Assembly (NCBI RefSeq): GCF_000392435.1 | Contig: NC_021219.1 | Coordinates: forward strand, 120,001-152,000 | Length of the DNA: 32,000 nt | Source: Candidatus Saccharimonas aalborgensis | GTDB lineage: Bacteria; Patescibacteriota; Saccharimonadia; Saccharimonadales; Saccharimonadaceae | Direction of reading: 5' to 3' | In this document: one piece after another, positions 1-8,892 of the stretch | How the letters are laid out: each line of letters starts with the position of its first letter | Numbering within the stretch: the stretch's first letter is position 1 | The notes under the pieces: generated by a model | Told to the model about the DNA's origin: nothing | Databases searched by the model: none | Seen by the model: only the letters and a program-made list of their open reading frames with translations | Position numbers and translations under genes: made by a program

Positions 1-726
1 ATACTCTTCGAGGAAGGCCTGAAGCGTGGCGATCAGCATACCCGCATGAACACCCTTTGCCACGTACACCCCCTCAACCTGATAAAAGGTGTGCTCGTGT
101 CGGGCATCAAGGTCTTCGTTGCGAAATGTTCTGTCGGGCACTATGACAGCGATGGGCTGGTTATTTTCGAGATTGTCATGATATTTCCTCATGACACGAT
201 TTTGCATTGTACTGGTATGGGCGGGTGCAATCAGCGGATCGCCGCTCGCATCTGTCTCTACTGTCATGAAAGTATCCCAGTCATCCCTGGCAGGATGGCC
301 TTTGGGAAAGTTTAGGCTCTCAAACATATGGTACTGGTCATCGATTTCACGAGACTCTTCGGTCACGAACCCCATGCGATTGAATATGTCGCTAATTGTT
401 TCGATTTCATTCATCAGCGGATGAATTGTTCCTTGATCACTAGGCAATAGCGCAGGCATTGCTGCATTTACATCAAACGGTGCCGTGATATCAATCGCTG
501 GCAGTTCTTTTGCACTAAGTTGTTCTTGGCGTTTCGCCACGGCGCGCGCAATTGTTTCTTTTAGCTCATTTACTTTCTGGCCAAATTCTTTTCGCTCATC
601 AACAGCAAGCGTCGGAATACTCGCGTACAATTCTCGAAACTCCTTGCTTTTTAAGATGTCTGCGGGAGTATCAGAGGCCGCAATCCGCGACTCAAGTTCA
701 ACTTTAAGAGAAGCAATATCGATCAT
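1..726 (-). CDS. pheS: Phenylalanine--tRNA ligase alpha subunit, N-terminal ~242 codons; the 3' end lies beyond the window start
   Basis: My own minus-strand translation from the ATG at 726-724 gives MIDIASLKVELESRIAAS...MFESLNFPKGHPARDDWDTF...HTSTMQNRVM. FPKGHPARD is the typical PheS-alpha motif. The ORF is missing from the ORF track because it has no stop inside the window. Confidence 0.85.
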   Translation of the reverse strand, partial: MIDIASLKVELESRIAASDTPADILKSKEFRELYASIPTLAVDERKEFGQKVNELKETIARAVAKRQEQLSAKELPAIDITAPFDVNAAMPALLPSDQGTIHPLMNEIETISDIFNRMGFVTEESREIDDQYHMFESLNFPKGHPARDDWDTFMTVETDASGDPLIAPAHTSTMQNRVMRKYHDNLENNQPIAVIVPDRTFRNEDLDARHEHTFYQVEGVYVAKGVHAGMLIATLQAFLEEY

Positions 727-747
727 TACCTCTTTAGTATACTACGA

Positions 748-1005
748 TTATGAGTTGACGCGGACTACAAAATAGATAAATACTGCTACCGCTGCCAAAA
801 AGATAGTTGCCCACACTCCGGCCAGACTTGTTGTATGCTTGGTACCTTTCATATACTCTGCGTCTTCTACACCATCAATTGCAGTATACGCAGTCGACGG
901 ATCACCTTCATCTTTGGCACGAGCAGCTGCCTTTGCACGCAAGTCTGCGGCAATTCGTTGTTGCAATTCGGAACGTGCTTGCGTTTGTTCAATATATCTT
1001 CCCAT
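748..1005 (-). CDS. Hypothetical 85-aa tail-anchored membrane protein
   Basis: ORF with a charged Ala/Arg-rich N-terminal part and one C-terminal TM helix (LAGVWATIFLAAVAVFIYFVV). A TATAAT box lies 14 nt upstream. Confidence 0.5.
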   Translation of the reverse strand: MGRYIEQTQARSELQQRIAADLRAKAAARAKDEGDPSTAYTAIDGVEDAEYMKGTKHTTSLAGVWATIFLAAVAVFIYFVVRVNS

Positions 1006-1076
1006 GCGTGACTTGTATTATACCATGAGCTCATTATGCTATAATAGCTGCATATTCACGATAAGGAGGGAATATA

Positions 1077-2027
1077 ATGGCTACCAAGAAAGCCGCTTCT
1101 ACCAAAAAAGCGACCGTCAAAAAGCCGGCCGTCGCAGCCAAAACTACAAAAACAAAAGTAACTGTCAAACCATTGGCAAAAGAAGTTACGCACCCAGCAA
1201 AATCAGTTGCGCACCCTACGGTTCGCGTCAAACGTGAAAGGACGAACCTTGCGCTTCCTGGCAACGTTGTCAACATCGTTTTTGCTGAGCTGATCGGTAC
1301 GTTTGTACTGACATTGGTTGCGCTGCTTGCGGCACAAACTGTCGATGTGCTCTATGTCGGCCTCACGTTAGTGGTACTGGTTCTGGCCATTGGCGCAATT
1401 TCAGGTGCACATGTCAATCCAGCCGTTACCTTTGCACAGTGGACAATGCGCCGCCTCAAGGGTGTACTCGTGCCATTTTACTGGGGAGCTCAATTCCTCG
1501 GGAGCATGCTGGCCGTTATTGTGATGAACCTCGTTGCAGGCGGCACACTCAAGCTCGATTTCAGTCATATGGGCTGGAATGTGTTTGATTGGTCAGTCTT
1601 CGGTATTGAACTCACTGCAACTGCTATCTTTGTCTTCGGACTGAGCGCAGTATTGAGTCGCCGAGATCTTGCAAATACCAGCCGCGCACTCGGCGTAGGA
1701 CTCTCGCTTATGGTTGGTCTTGTCGTTGGCGGTGGTCTTGTCAGTACCCTGCAAACCAACGTGCAAAAATCACTTGCTAATTCGAGCATTACGTCTCCAG
1801 ACCAGATACCGCACGCCTTGCGTGTAACAAATGCCACACTCAACCCGGCGGTAGCACTTGCGGTAACTGAGCGCCCAGATAGCGCCTTCAGCCGTGCCGG
1901 TGATACCAAGAATGACAAACAATACTCTCGACTAAGTATTGAGGTTATCACTGCAACGCTCGTAGGAGCTGCCTTAGGAGGCAACCTCTACTTGCTTCTC
2001 GCTGGACGCCGCAACACCGTCCTATAA
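1077..2027 (+). CDS. MIP/aquaporin-family channel with a Lys/Ala/Thr-rich N-terminal extension
   Basis: Two NPA boxes (HVNPAVTF and LNPAVALA) and 6 predicted TM segments. An AAGGAGG RBS lies 7 nt before the ATG, with a TATAAT box upstream. Confidence 0.9.
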   Translation: MATKKAASTKKATVKKPAVAAKTTKTKVTVKPLAKEVTHPAKSVAHPTVRVKRERTNLALPGNVVNIVFAELIGTFVLTLVALLAAQTVDVLYVGLTLVVLVLAIGAISGAHVNPAVTFAQWTMRRLKGVLVPFYWGAQFLGSMLAVIVMNLVAGGTLKLDFSHMGWNVFDWSVFGIELTATAIFVFGLSAVLSRRDLANTSRALGVGLSLMVGLVVGGGLVSTLQTNVQKSLANSSITSPDQIPHALRVTNATLNPAVALAVTERPDSAFSRAGDTKNDKQYSRLSIEVITATLVGAALGGNLYLLLAGRRNTVL

Positions 2028-2044
2028 GTTAGGCATAGGTCAAT

Positions 2045-2080
2045 AAAAAAACTCCTCGGTGGAACACGAGGAGTTTTTTA
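2045..2080. terminator. Bidirectional intrinsic terminator between the convergent aquaporin and rmuC genes
   Basis: Stem actcctcg (2051-2058) pairs with cgaggagt (2067-2074). It is flanked by an A-run on the left and a T-run on the right. Confidence 0.8.
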
Positions 2081-2090
2081 TTGCTTCTTC

Positions 2091-3158
2091 TTATTCCCCC
2101 GAGTTTGGTTTATCGAGCAGAAGTGGCTCGACAGCAGGAGTGGTTTCGGCAATTTTTACGACGTCTCTGTCAACTTTAGAGAGTTCTTTGTGGGCGGCGT
2201 TGAAGTGATTGACAGTAGTACCGAGTGCACCGCCAAGCTTGTGCATGTATTCATCAAACTTTGCGATATGTTGGCCAAGTTTACCGACGCGCAATTGGAT
2301 GTCCTTTGCTTGTTCTTCGATTTGTAAACTACGCAAACCCTGTAACACCGTTTGCAAATAGGCCATGAAACTTGTCGGGCTAGTGATGATAACGTGCTTG
2401 TCCCGAAAGGCGTACTCAATGAGGTCACGCGAACTTCCTCCACTGCCAACGTTATTGATAAGCAGATCATAGTAGAGTGATTCGCTCGGGATAAACATAA
2501 AAGCGAACTCCATTGTTTTTTCACTCGGCCTGATATACTTTGAGGTTTCATCAATTCTTAGTTTTAGATCGCCCTTTACTTTTGTGAGTAGGTCTTCCCT
2601 TTCCTTGCCACTCGCTTCGATCATTCGATTGTAATTTTCGAGACTAAACTTACTATCAATCGGTAATAATTTCCCCTTATCAAGATAAATCACCGCATCG
2701 ACGGCATCACCGTTTAAAAACTTATATTGGGTTTGATACTGTCCCGGAGCCAGTACGTTTTCGAGGACACTGCTCAGATAAAACTCACCAAATACACCGC
2801 GTTGTTTTGGATTTTGCAAAACATTTTGCAGCGTTTTTAGTTCGTCCGCTACATCAACGACGCGGCGATTTGTCTCATCGAGTTTTGCCAGACGTTGCGT
2901 GACATCGGCAACAATTTTTGCGCTTTCACTGAGTTGTTTTTGTACGGATTGTTGCATAGCAGTGCTCCCGCGCTCAATTTTGTCGCCCATCGTCTGCTGC
3001 AACCCTGCGATAGTACGAGTCAGCTCCGTCATATCTGCTTTTACCAGCTCAACAGCACTTCCCTGCTTTAGGTCATTGACACGCTGAAAGAGCAACAGTA
3101 GTCCACCCGCCATGAGAACGATTACGACAATAAGAAGTATGATAACGATATGTTCCAT
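2091..3158 (-). CDS. rmuC: DNA recombination protein RmuC
   Basis: N-terminal TM helix, long coiled coil and a C-terminal nuclease-like region (FAFMFIPSESLYYDLL), as in the RmuC family. The start is placed at MEHIVII (3158) because the longer track ORF runs into the upstream gene. Confidence 0.8.
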   Translation of the reverse strand: MEHIVIILLIVVIVLMAGGLLLLFQRVNDLKQGSAVELVKADMTELTRTIAGLQQTMGDKIERGSTAMQQSVQKQLSESAKIVADVTQRLAKLDETNRRVVDVADELKTLQNVLQNPKQRGVFGEFYLSSVLENVLAPGQYQTQYKFLNGDAVDAVIYLDKGKLLPIDSKFSLENYNRMIEASGKEREDLLTKVKGDLKLRIDETSKYIRPSEKTMEFAFMFIPSESLYYDLLINNVGSGGSSRDLIEYAFRDKHVIITSPTSFMAYLQTVLQGLRSLQIEEQAKDIQLRVGKLGQHIAKFDEYMHKLGGALGTTVNHFNAAHKELSKVDRDVVKIAETTPAVEPLLLDKPNSGE

Positions 3159-3181
3159 ACTGCTAGTATAGCATCGACAAG

Positions 3182-3679
3182 CTACGAGATCAGCATCAGT
3201 CGCGTAACTACGACAAGTACAGTCACAAGAACAACGGCAAGGATGAACGAACGGACACGAGATATCCACGTGAACAATCCGTAGCAAACACCAAACAGAA
3301 ACATCGTCGAAAGGATGGCCCAATACCACGACATCCCAAAGACAATCGGCTCAATCCCCCAAAGTGCTACTGCACTTGCGATAACAGTCAAAAGTGGACG
3401 AAAAACCCTTAGGCGAGCAAGCCCCACAACGCCCGCGATTGCGCCGATGACCATTGAAACAATCAATGAGTAAAGTGGTGCTTGGCTACAGTCGGCGCTA
3501 GCAGCTGTTCGACACAATACCGTCCCAAATAGATACTTATTCATTATCAACATGAGCGCCGACACCATCAATCCGACACCAATGCCACAGACAATTGCAG
3601 CCACGAGCTCACGCAGAGACATTTGCACCAGTGGTGAGACGGTGGAATTATCCACTTCACTATAGACTTCCTGTTTCAT
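3182..3679 (-). CDS. Hypothetical polytopic membrane protein (165 aa)
   Basis: 4-5 hydrophobic segments. An AAGAGGAG RBS lies 7 nt before the ATG. Confidence 0.55.
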   Translation of the reverse strand: MKQEVYSEVDNSTVSPLVQMSLRELVAAIVCGIGVGLMVSALMLIMNKYLFGTVLCRTAASADCSQAPLYSLIVSMVIGAIAGVVGLARLRVFRPLLTVIASAVALWGIEPIVFGMSWYWAILSTMFLFGVCYGLFTWISRVRSFILAVVLVTVLVVVTRLMLIS

Positions 3680-3711
3680 CCAACAACTCCTCTTTGTTAA
3701 ATGATATTTTA

Positions 3712-4206
3712 CTACCTATTTGTGTTTTTTACTAGTTTTTGTGAAAATATTTTTCCATAAGCAATATACCAGACGGCTCCCAGCACACCTACTATCATGC
3801 CGCCGATAACATCGATTGGTGTATGGACAAGAGCTAATACTCTTCCGATGGCCACCGTCACCGTCAAAACACCGAGCAGTATTGTCAACCACTTCAGGCG
3901 TGTTCCATACCACACTGCAAGCGTCAAGAAACTAGCAAAAAGTGTATGGTCAGACGGGAAGCCCGGGTTGTTGAGATAGGCGGCACCGGCAATTTGACCA
4001 CTTAGCTCGAACGGTCGAAGAGCTTCTGGCTGCCAAACAGCTCCAAGGTATTTAGCGAGGAGATAAGACGTCATACCGGCCATCAGTATACGAGTATACC
4101 GATCGTACCGACCTTTTTTAGGAACTCGTATCAAAAGTGCGTACCCAGCAAGCAATACTATCGGGAGCATTAGCCCATCGGCCAGGAGTTTAATCACAAA
4201 CTGCAT
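3712..4206 (-). CDS. PAP2-family lipid phosphate phosphatase
   Basis: PAP2 motifs PSDH and GRVLALVHTPIDVIGG (SR..H...D type), in a multi-TM protein. Confidence 0.85.
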   Translation of the reverse strand: MQFVIKLLADGLMLPIVLLAGYALLIRVPKKGRYDRYTRILMAGMTSYLLAKYLGAVWQPEALRPFELSGQIAGAAYLNNPGFPSDHTLFASFLTLAVWYGTRLKWLTILLGVLTVTVAIGRVLALVHTPIDVIGGMIVGVLGAVWYIAYGKIFSQKLVKNTNR

Positions 4207-4223
4207 ATACCTAGTATACTATC

Positions 4224-4955
4224 TTAGTCTCCAAACGTTGTGGCAAATAATACACGGGGCGATAACTCGCTATCTTCGATCCCTCCGGCGAACTTGCCCG
4301 TGACCGTACAGCCACTTCCTCGTCGTTCCGCTATCGGACCTATCACCTGTGTCATGCCTGCTGATCGTGCCGTCATATACATCGGGCTGTTGATTGTTGT
4401 CCGTTGGACGGCTGGAAGCCCGAGTGCTTGAGCACGTTCAAGTCGCAATCGGTAGAAATCATTACTGACTCCCCGTCCACGATAACGAGCGTCTTTTTGA
4501 ATGCCTGTCTCTGACAAATAATACAGACTTCCCGTGATGCCCACGCCAGCGAGAGCACCGACAACACGCTCGCGCATTTGATCAGTACGATATTTTTCAC
4601 GCGCGAGTACCCCAGGTGAAGCATATTTGAATGCCCAGCTAAACCCTGCTATCTGCACATCATCCTTCAGCACGAATAAGCTGGCTCCGGGACGAGTTAG
4701 TTCGCACTGAATATACTCGACAGTCTCTGCTGCCGGATATGCCAATTGTAACGGCTCATTACAGCACGCGCTTGGTTCACCCGGTGAGGTGGTTGCACCA
4801 AAAAACTTACCGTCAACTGGGCATTTTGTCCATTCGTTCCATTCATCCCACTTAAATGCATCGGCATACACCGCAGCGATTTGCAGTAGACTGCTCAAAT
4901 CAATCGCTTGTAAATCACCCTCCACCCTTTCAACTCTCAGTTCAGGATTTTTCAT
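4224..4955 (-). CDS. Putative GNAT-like acyltransferase
   Basis: RYRGRGVSNDFYRLRLERAQALG resembles GNAT motif A (R/QxxGxG). The start is moved to the ATG at 4955, which has an AAGGAG RBS 7 nt upstream; the track start at 4958 is a GTG. Confidence 0.45.
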   Translation of the reverse strand: MKNPELRVERVEGDLQAIDLSSLLQIAAVYADAFKWDEWNEWTKCPVDGKFFGATTSPGEPSACCNEPLQLAYPAAETVEYIQCELTRPGASLFVLKDDVQIAGFSWAFKYASPGVLAREKYRTDQMRERVVGALAGVGITGSLYYLSETGIQKDARYRGRGVSNDFYRLRLERAQALGLPAVQRTTINSPMYMTARSAGMTQVIGPIAERRGSGCTVTGKFAGGIEDSELSPRVLFATTFGD

Positions 4956-6114
4956 CACTATTCTCCTTATTCCATTGTTCTACTATTAATTGATAGAGGT
5001 TTGCCGCAACTTGAAGATCACTAATTGCTGCCGACTCATTCGCTCCATGGCGATTGTCCCCGCCTGCGCCAATCACATATATTGGACTGTCGATTACTTC
5101 AGCGAGTAACTGAACGTCGATATAGCCCCTGTAGCGAGGGTCGTCCGGCTGCCACAAAATACCAGCCTGTGTATAGCACGTCTTCAGAAATTGTTCTGAT
5201 ACCGTATCTCTTGTTTGATTCCAGACACCGAGATCAGCCCCCACTCGAATACTTTTTACCTCGAGACCACGCTCTTGAAGTAGCTGTCTGAGGAGAGTCT
5301 CGACCAGTTGAGCCGTCAGTTTCGTATCGGCAACGCGGAGCTCTATGATACCCTCAGCATAATTTGGAATGACATTTCCGCTGCGCTGAAGTATCTCAGG
5401 ATTATCAACATCCGTTGTCGCGCCGCCCCTAAGGTAAGCAATATTCATCGTCGTTTGTCCCAGTTCCGACGAGGTATACTGAGTCAGCTGCTGCTCAAGT
5501 GATGCCAGGCTCTCCATAAGCTGCGTGATAGCGTTGACACCATTGGCGGGATTTGATGCGTGACCGGATTTGCCGATAACTTCAATATCCATTTTGATGA
5601 GGCCTCTACACCCCATCAACGGTTGCAAATTTCCATCAAGTGATATAACAAGCTCTGGCGGCTGATCAACAAAAAGCTTATCGGCGATCACCTGTTTCAT
5701 ACCGGCAAATCGATACTCTTCGTCGACATAGATGAGCATACCTACGGTCGATCGTGCACTTTTGCTCATTCGTGTCAACGCCACCATGAGTGAGGCAATT
5801 GACCCCTTCATGTCCGCTACGCCCAAACCATAGAGTCTGCCGCTCTCACGAGTTAGTGTGAGCGGCGGTGTTTGCCAGCCGTTTGATATGGGTACTGTGT
5901 CGATATGCCCCACAAATAAGACTATAGGTGTCGGGGCGCCGACGTAAAGGTTTGCTCTACCGTCGGGGAGTGGTTGCCGTGTCAGCTTCATATCTGGTAG
6001 ATTCGTCACAAACCATTGTTCGAGCCACGCGACGACAGCAGTTTCATCACACCCATCAGCGACATAGCTTGCGATCGATACTAATTTCTCGGCCAATGAT
6101 ACGACATCGTTCAT
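4942..6114 (-). CDS. M20-family metallopeptidase/deacylase (ArgE/DapE-like)
   Basis: Metal-ligand motifs GHIDTVP, GVADMKG and GKSGHAS. A GGAGGAAAA RBS lies upstream. Confidence 0.85.
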   Translation of the reverse strand: MNDVVSLAEKLVSIASYVADGCDETAVVAWLEQWFVTNLPDMKLTRQPLPDGRANLYVGAPTPIVLFVGHIDTVPISNGWQTPPLTLTRESGRLYGLGVADMKGSIASLMVALTRMSKSARSTVGMLIYVDEEYRFAGMKQVIADKLFVDQPPELVISLDGNLQPLMGCRGLIKMDIEVIGKSGHASNPANGVNAITQLMESLASLEQQLTQYTSSELGQTTMNIAYLRGGATTDVDNPEILQRSGNVIPNYAEGIIELRVADTKLTAQLVETLLRQLLQERGLEVKSIRVGADLGVWNQTRDTVSEQFLKTCYTQAGILWQPDDPRYRGYIDVQLLAEVIDSPIYVIGAGGDNRHGANESAAISDLQVAANLYQLIVEQWNKENSDEKS

Positions 6115-6261
6115 ACGGTTTTCCTCCGCATAGCCAAGTCAGCCATTGATCCAAATACTCCTATCTGTAATTTCCTTTTCATATCTATCCCTTCGTTTTT
6201 AGTGATGCATAAGCAAAGCGCCAGCTAATGCCGGCGCTTCATACATCTGAATAGATAGAAA

Positions 6262-6579
6262 TTAGCCGACATCAACTGGCGGTGTATGGGCATGATCACC
6301 AGAGAGAATTGCTTGGTAGCCTCCGGTGCCATTGTCCATCCAGTCACGAATACGCGCAACGGTACGTGTCGACAAACGCGTTTCTTTGACGATCTGGTCG
6401 TATGTGTATCCAGCTCGTAGGAGCGCTGCTGCTTTTAGACGGGTGCTAACTTCACGTATTTCTTTTTCTGTCATCACGTCACGCAAAAATGCTTGCATGA
6501 GCGCTATGTCATCAATGCCAGCAAGCACCTGCGAAAATCGCTTCGCTTCTGGTGATTTCCATACGGTGGAGGTATTCAT
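6262..6579 (-). CDS. TrpR-like (YerC/YecD family) DNA-binding protein
   Basis: LRDVMTEKEIREVSTRLKAAALLRAGYTYDQIVKETRLSTRTVARI matches the Trp-repressor-like fold family. The start is set at MNTSTVW (6579). Confidence 0.75.
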   Translation of the reverse strand: MNTSTVWKSPEAKRFSQVLAGIDDIALMQAFLRDVMTEKEIREVSTRLKAAALLRAGYTYDQIVKETRLSTRTVARIRDWMDNGTGGYQAILSGDHAHTPPVDVG

Positions 6580-6586
6580 GAGATAC

Positions 6587-6615
6587 ATTTTACCAAAGTA
6601 AAGTATATTTGTCAA
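6587..6615 (-). promoter_or_regulatory. Sigma70-type promoter TTGACA-17 nt-TAAAAT, 7 nt before the trpR-like ATG (leaderless arrangement)
   Basis: The minus strand reads ttgacaaatatactttactttggtaaaatgtatctcATG. Confidence 0.5.
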
Positions 6616-6644
6616 TACCTCTTTATTTCATTCACTGCCCGCCC

Positions 6645-6673
6645 TTGAGTTAGCTCTCCTGCGGTGATATAAT
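6645..6673 (+). promoter_or_regulatory. Promoter TTGAGT-17 nt-TGaTATAAT aimed at the orphan tRNA-Gln 5' fragment
   Basis: -35 box at 6645-6650 and extended -10 box at 6665-6673. The orphan fragment starts 12 nt downstream. Confidence 0.55.
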
Positions 6674-6684
6674 TCCACTACTAC

Positions 6685-6715
6685 TGGGGATTCGCCAAGT
6701 GGTAAGGCACCAGGT
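6685..6715 (+). pseudogene. Orphan 5' fragment of tRNA-Gln (nt 1-31)
   Basis: 31/31 identical to 6976-7006 (tggggattcgccaagtggtaaggcaccaggt). No matching 3' acceptor strand follows it. Confidence 0.85.
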
Positions 6716-6975
6716 GAGAACTGCCATGGGGGCAGTTCGCAAGGCCGGAAGCCGGATGAGCCTGGGGCTCACCGACTGAGGCGGGTCTGCGAGCAATTTC
6801 TGAAGGAAATTGATGAGCAGACTGGTCCTGGCATTCGGAGTGAAGATTGCCCGTCGGCAATCTGCAAGGCGATCTCACAAATATGCTGTGCTTATTTGAC
6901 TGAGTCGTGAGCCCGCGGGACGTGGGTCGAATCCGATTCGAACTCCCGCACATTTCAGGTATAATATATGCATAC
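6716..6975 (+). other. Structured spacer between the orphan fragment and the intact tRNA-Gln
   Basis: It opens with the hairpin gaactgcc/ggcagttc (6718-6738). It contains a second tRNA-Gln piece (6822-6838, equal to tRNA nt 34-50), the hairpin gattgcc/ggcaatc (6846-6862), the hairpin aaatatgc/gcttattt (6879-6897) and the motif cgcgggacgtg. Confidence 0.5.
6937..6965 (+). promoter_or_regulatory. Promoter TTCGAA-17 nt-TATAAT directly upstream of the intact tRNA-Gln
   Basis: -10 box at 6960-6965. The tRNA starts 11 nt later. Confidence 0.45.
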
Positions 6976-7050
6976 TGGGGATTCGCCAAGTGGTAAGGCA
7001 CCAGGTTCTGGTCCTGGCATTCGGGGGTTCGAATCCCTCATCCCCAGCCA
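6976..7050 (+). tRNA. tRNA-Gln (anticodon CUG) with encoded CCA
   Basis: Manual cloverleaf: acceptor tggggat/atcccca, D arm gcc/ggc, anticodon arm ccagg-ttCTGgt-cctgg, T arm ggggg-ttcgaat-ccctc, discriminator g, then CCA. Confidence 0.92.
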
Positions 7051-8834
7051 AGAGGAATCTTACCTAAATCAACCATGCTATCGTATGGTTTTTTTAGTTC
7101 TATAACAGGGGTAGAGTCGTGTCCTGCTCGTAGGTTCGACACAAACTCATTACATATCGTATCAAGTACCGTGATGTCAGTGGATTGAAGGAACTCTAAC
7201 ACCTTGAATTTAGTGAGTTCGTAAAATTCTTTCTCAGTGGGCAAAGTAACGTTCAATTTAGCCAGTTCCGCCTTGTTATCTGCAACAGCTTCTTCGTAGT
7301 ATTCGATTAGTTGCTTGTGATGTTCAAGTTTGCCATTGTGGTGTTTCTTATACTCTTCCGGATCATCAACCTGGAACGTCTGATACTTGGCATACTGTCG
7401 TTCGTTCTCTTTTAGTTGTTGTGTAGCTTCAGATAGTTTGTTCTTTATTACCGCTTTATCTGATGCAATACGCTGTTCAAGGCCGTTGATATACATGCGG
7501 TATGCTTCTGTACTCTGTTTCGTGAGATGTCGTAAATGCCACTCAATACCTGCTAGTACATATTTGGCACGGATACTTTTCGAGAGTTTGATCCCACGGT
7601 TCTTTTGTTCTTGTGGGTTATGTCGTAAACAAACCCTGTTCCGGCAGTAGTAACTAATCACATACCTGCCTTTTTTCGTTCCCTTAGTTATCGGCTGGTG
7701 CTGGAATTGCATCGGAACACTACAGTAATCGCAGATCACTTTGTTACGAAGCAGACCGTAGTCTAGCTTCTGAGGCTTACTAGACTTGATCGTACTAGTT
7801 TTACCGAAGTCCTTAGATATATCAGCATTCAGGGCAATGAATTCATCAGGAGAAATAAGCGGCCTAAAGTTGTACTGATCCGTTAGTACAGTCAGTAAAT
7901 TGCCGTACTTGTACAGTCCTAAGTAGAATGGATCTGCAAAGAAATCACCAACCATTTTCTTCGTAAATTTAACCAATCTTGGACTATCATTCTCAAACTT
8001 TCGTTCTGTAAATTTATGATCTAGCAGGAACTGGGCGATCTCTGGATTATTCTTACCCTCGTATAATCGCATATCAACAGCCTTGCGAAGTAATTTCCAG
8101 TTATAATCATCCGGCATAAAGTTCCCAGTTGCTTCATCAACGTAGTAGCCTTTCTTGAGTGAACCATTGTATTTACCTTCGGAGATATTCCCGGTATTAC
8201 CACGCTTCACATCAACTGATAATTTGTCAGAGTACTGCTTTGAAGTTGCGAAGAGTATTCCCAGCATCATCTTGCCGTTCGGGTTATTCTCAAAGGCATA
8301 AGTCCGGAAGTGGAGATCCTGTATAGTCTCTTCGTCAACCATCTCAATCACTTCACCAGCTTCTTTCATGTTGCGAGACAAACGATCAGGAGACCAAGAG
8401 ATAAGCCCGTGATATTTTCCAGTTCTAAAGCCTTGCAGCATTTCATTGAATATCGGTCGATTACCGGACTTTTTAGCTGATGCATGTTCTTCGAATATGT
8501 CTTCATCTCGAATCACTGTCTTAACTGTATTGCTAGCAAGTACTAAACATTCCTTACGTTGATCATCTATCGAACGCACTTGCTTGTCTTCACTATCAGT
8601 AGACTTACGCAAATAGATTGCATACCTACGTTTTGCCGTTGGAAGTAACTGCTTGGCATTGCTGGTCGCTGCTTTAAAGTATTCAGCAAGATCATTGATG
8701 CTTCTCTCGCTACTAGTAATGGCAGTTTCTCGATATGAAGAAGTAAGGTCTTGCAGTTTTTGCAGGGCTATTAGATCAGCCTCATTTGCTAACTGTATAT
8801 CTCGTTTTTTCCGGTTAGTAGTACCCTTTGGCAT
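7038..8834 (-). CDS. Large serine recombinase (LSR1)
   Basis: Resolvase-type N-terminal domain (AIYLRKSTDSEDKQ...SIDDQ, SWSPDRLSRN), a recombinase domain, a Cys-rich zinc ribbon (CDYCSVPM...YYCRNRVC) and a coiled coil. The last 13 nt overlap the tRNA-Gln 3' end. Confidence 0.9.
   Translation of the reverse strand: MPKGTTNRKKRDIQLANEADLIALQKLQDLTSSYRETAITSSERSINDLAEYFKAATSNAKQLLPTAKRRYAIYLRKSTDSEDKQVRSIDDQRKECLVLASNTVKTVIRDEDIFEEHASAKKSGNRPIFNEMLQGFRTGKYHGLISWSPDRLSRNMKEAGEVIEMVDEETIQDLHFRTYAFENNPNGKMMLGILFATSKQYSDKLSVDVKRGNTGNISEGKYNGSLKKGYYVDEATGNFMPDDYNWKLLRKAVDMRLYEGKNNPEIAQFLLDHKFTERKFENDSPRLVKFTKKMVGDFFADPFYLGLYKYGNLLTVLTDQYNFRPLISPDEFIALNADISKDFGKTSTIKSSKPQKLDYGLLRNKVICDYCSVPMQFQHQPITKGTKKGRYVISYYCRNRVCLRHNPQEQKNRGIKLSKSIRAKYVLAGIEWHLRHLTKQSTEAYRMYINGLEQRIASDKAVIKNKLSEATQQLKENERQYAKYQTFQVDDPEEYKKHHNGKLEHHKQLIEYYEEAVADNKAELAKLNVTLPTEKEFYELTKFKVLEFLQSTDITVLDTICNEFVSNLRAGHDSTPVIELKKPYDSMVDLGKIPLGWG
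7071..7095 (+). terminator. tRNA-Gln terminator embedded in the LSR1 coding region
   Basis: Stem aaccat (7071-7076) pairs with atggtt (7085-7090), followed by a T-run. Confidence 0.55.
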
Positions 8835-8892
8835 ATATAAAATCCTTACTACTAGTGTACAAAATTTGTGCTGTAATGTAAACTATTGTTAT

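Noticed and set aside
46-775. Plus-strand ORFs 46-315, 191-424 and 485-775.
   Set aside because: They lie opposite a clear pheS reading frame on the minus strand. They have no RBS and low-complexity products.
2091-3329. Long N-terminal extensions of track ORFs: rmuC to 3329, Nudix to 23723, leuS to 27582, trmD from 20917 and trpR-like to 6615.
   Set aside because: The extensions overlap upstream genes or promoters and add Cys/Arg-rich junk. Internal starts fit family N-termini and the promoter/RBS signals.
6716-6975. A group I intron or split/intron-containing tRNA-Gln, suggested by tRNA pieces on both sides of a 106-nt insert in the anticodon loop.
   Set aside because: No 3' acceptor strand (atcccca) or T arm follows the orphan pieces. 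Joining 6715 to 6822 gives a wrong-length anticodon loop. The insert is too short and shows none of the conserved group I core motifs by eye. A complete tRNA-Gln follows anyway.
6681-7001. A 106-aa minus-strand ORF with a repeated PYHLANPQ peptide.
   Set aside because: It is the antisense of the tRNA-Gln gene, its orphan copy and the spacer. The peptide repeat simply mirrors the duplicated tRNA 5' part.
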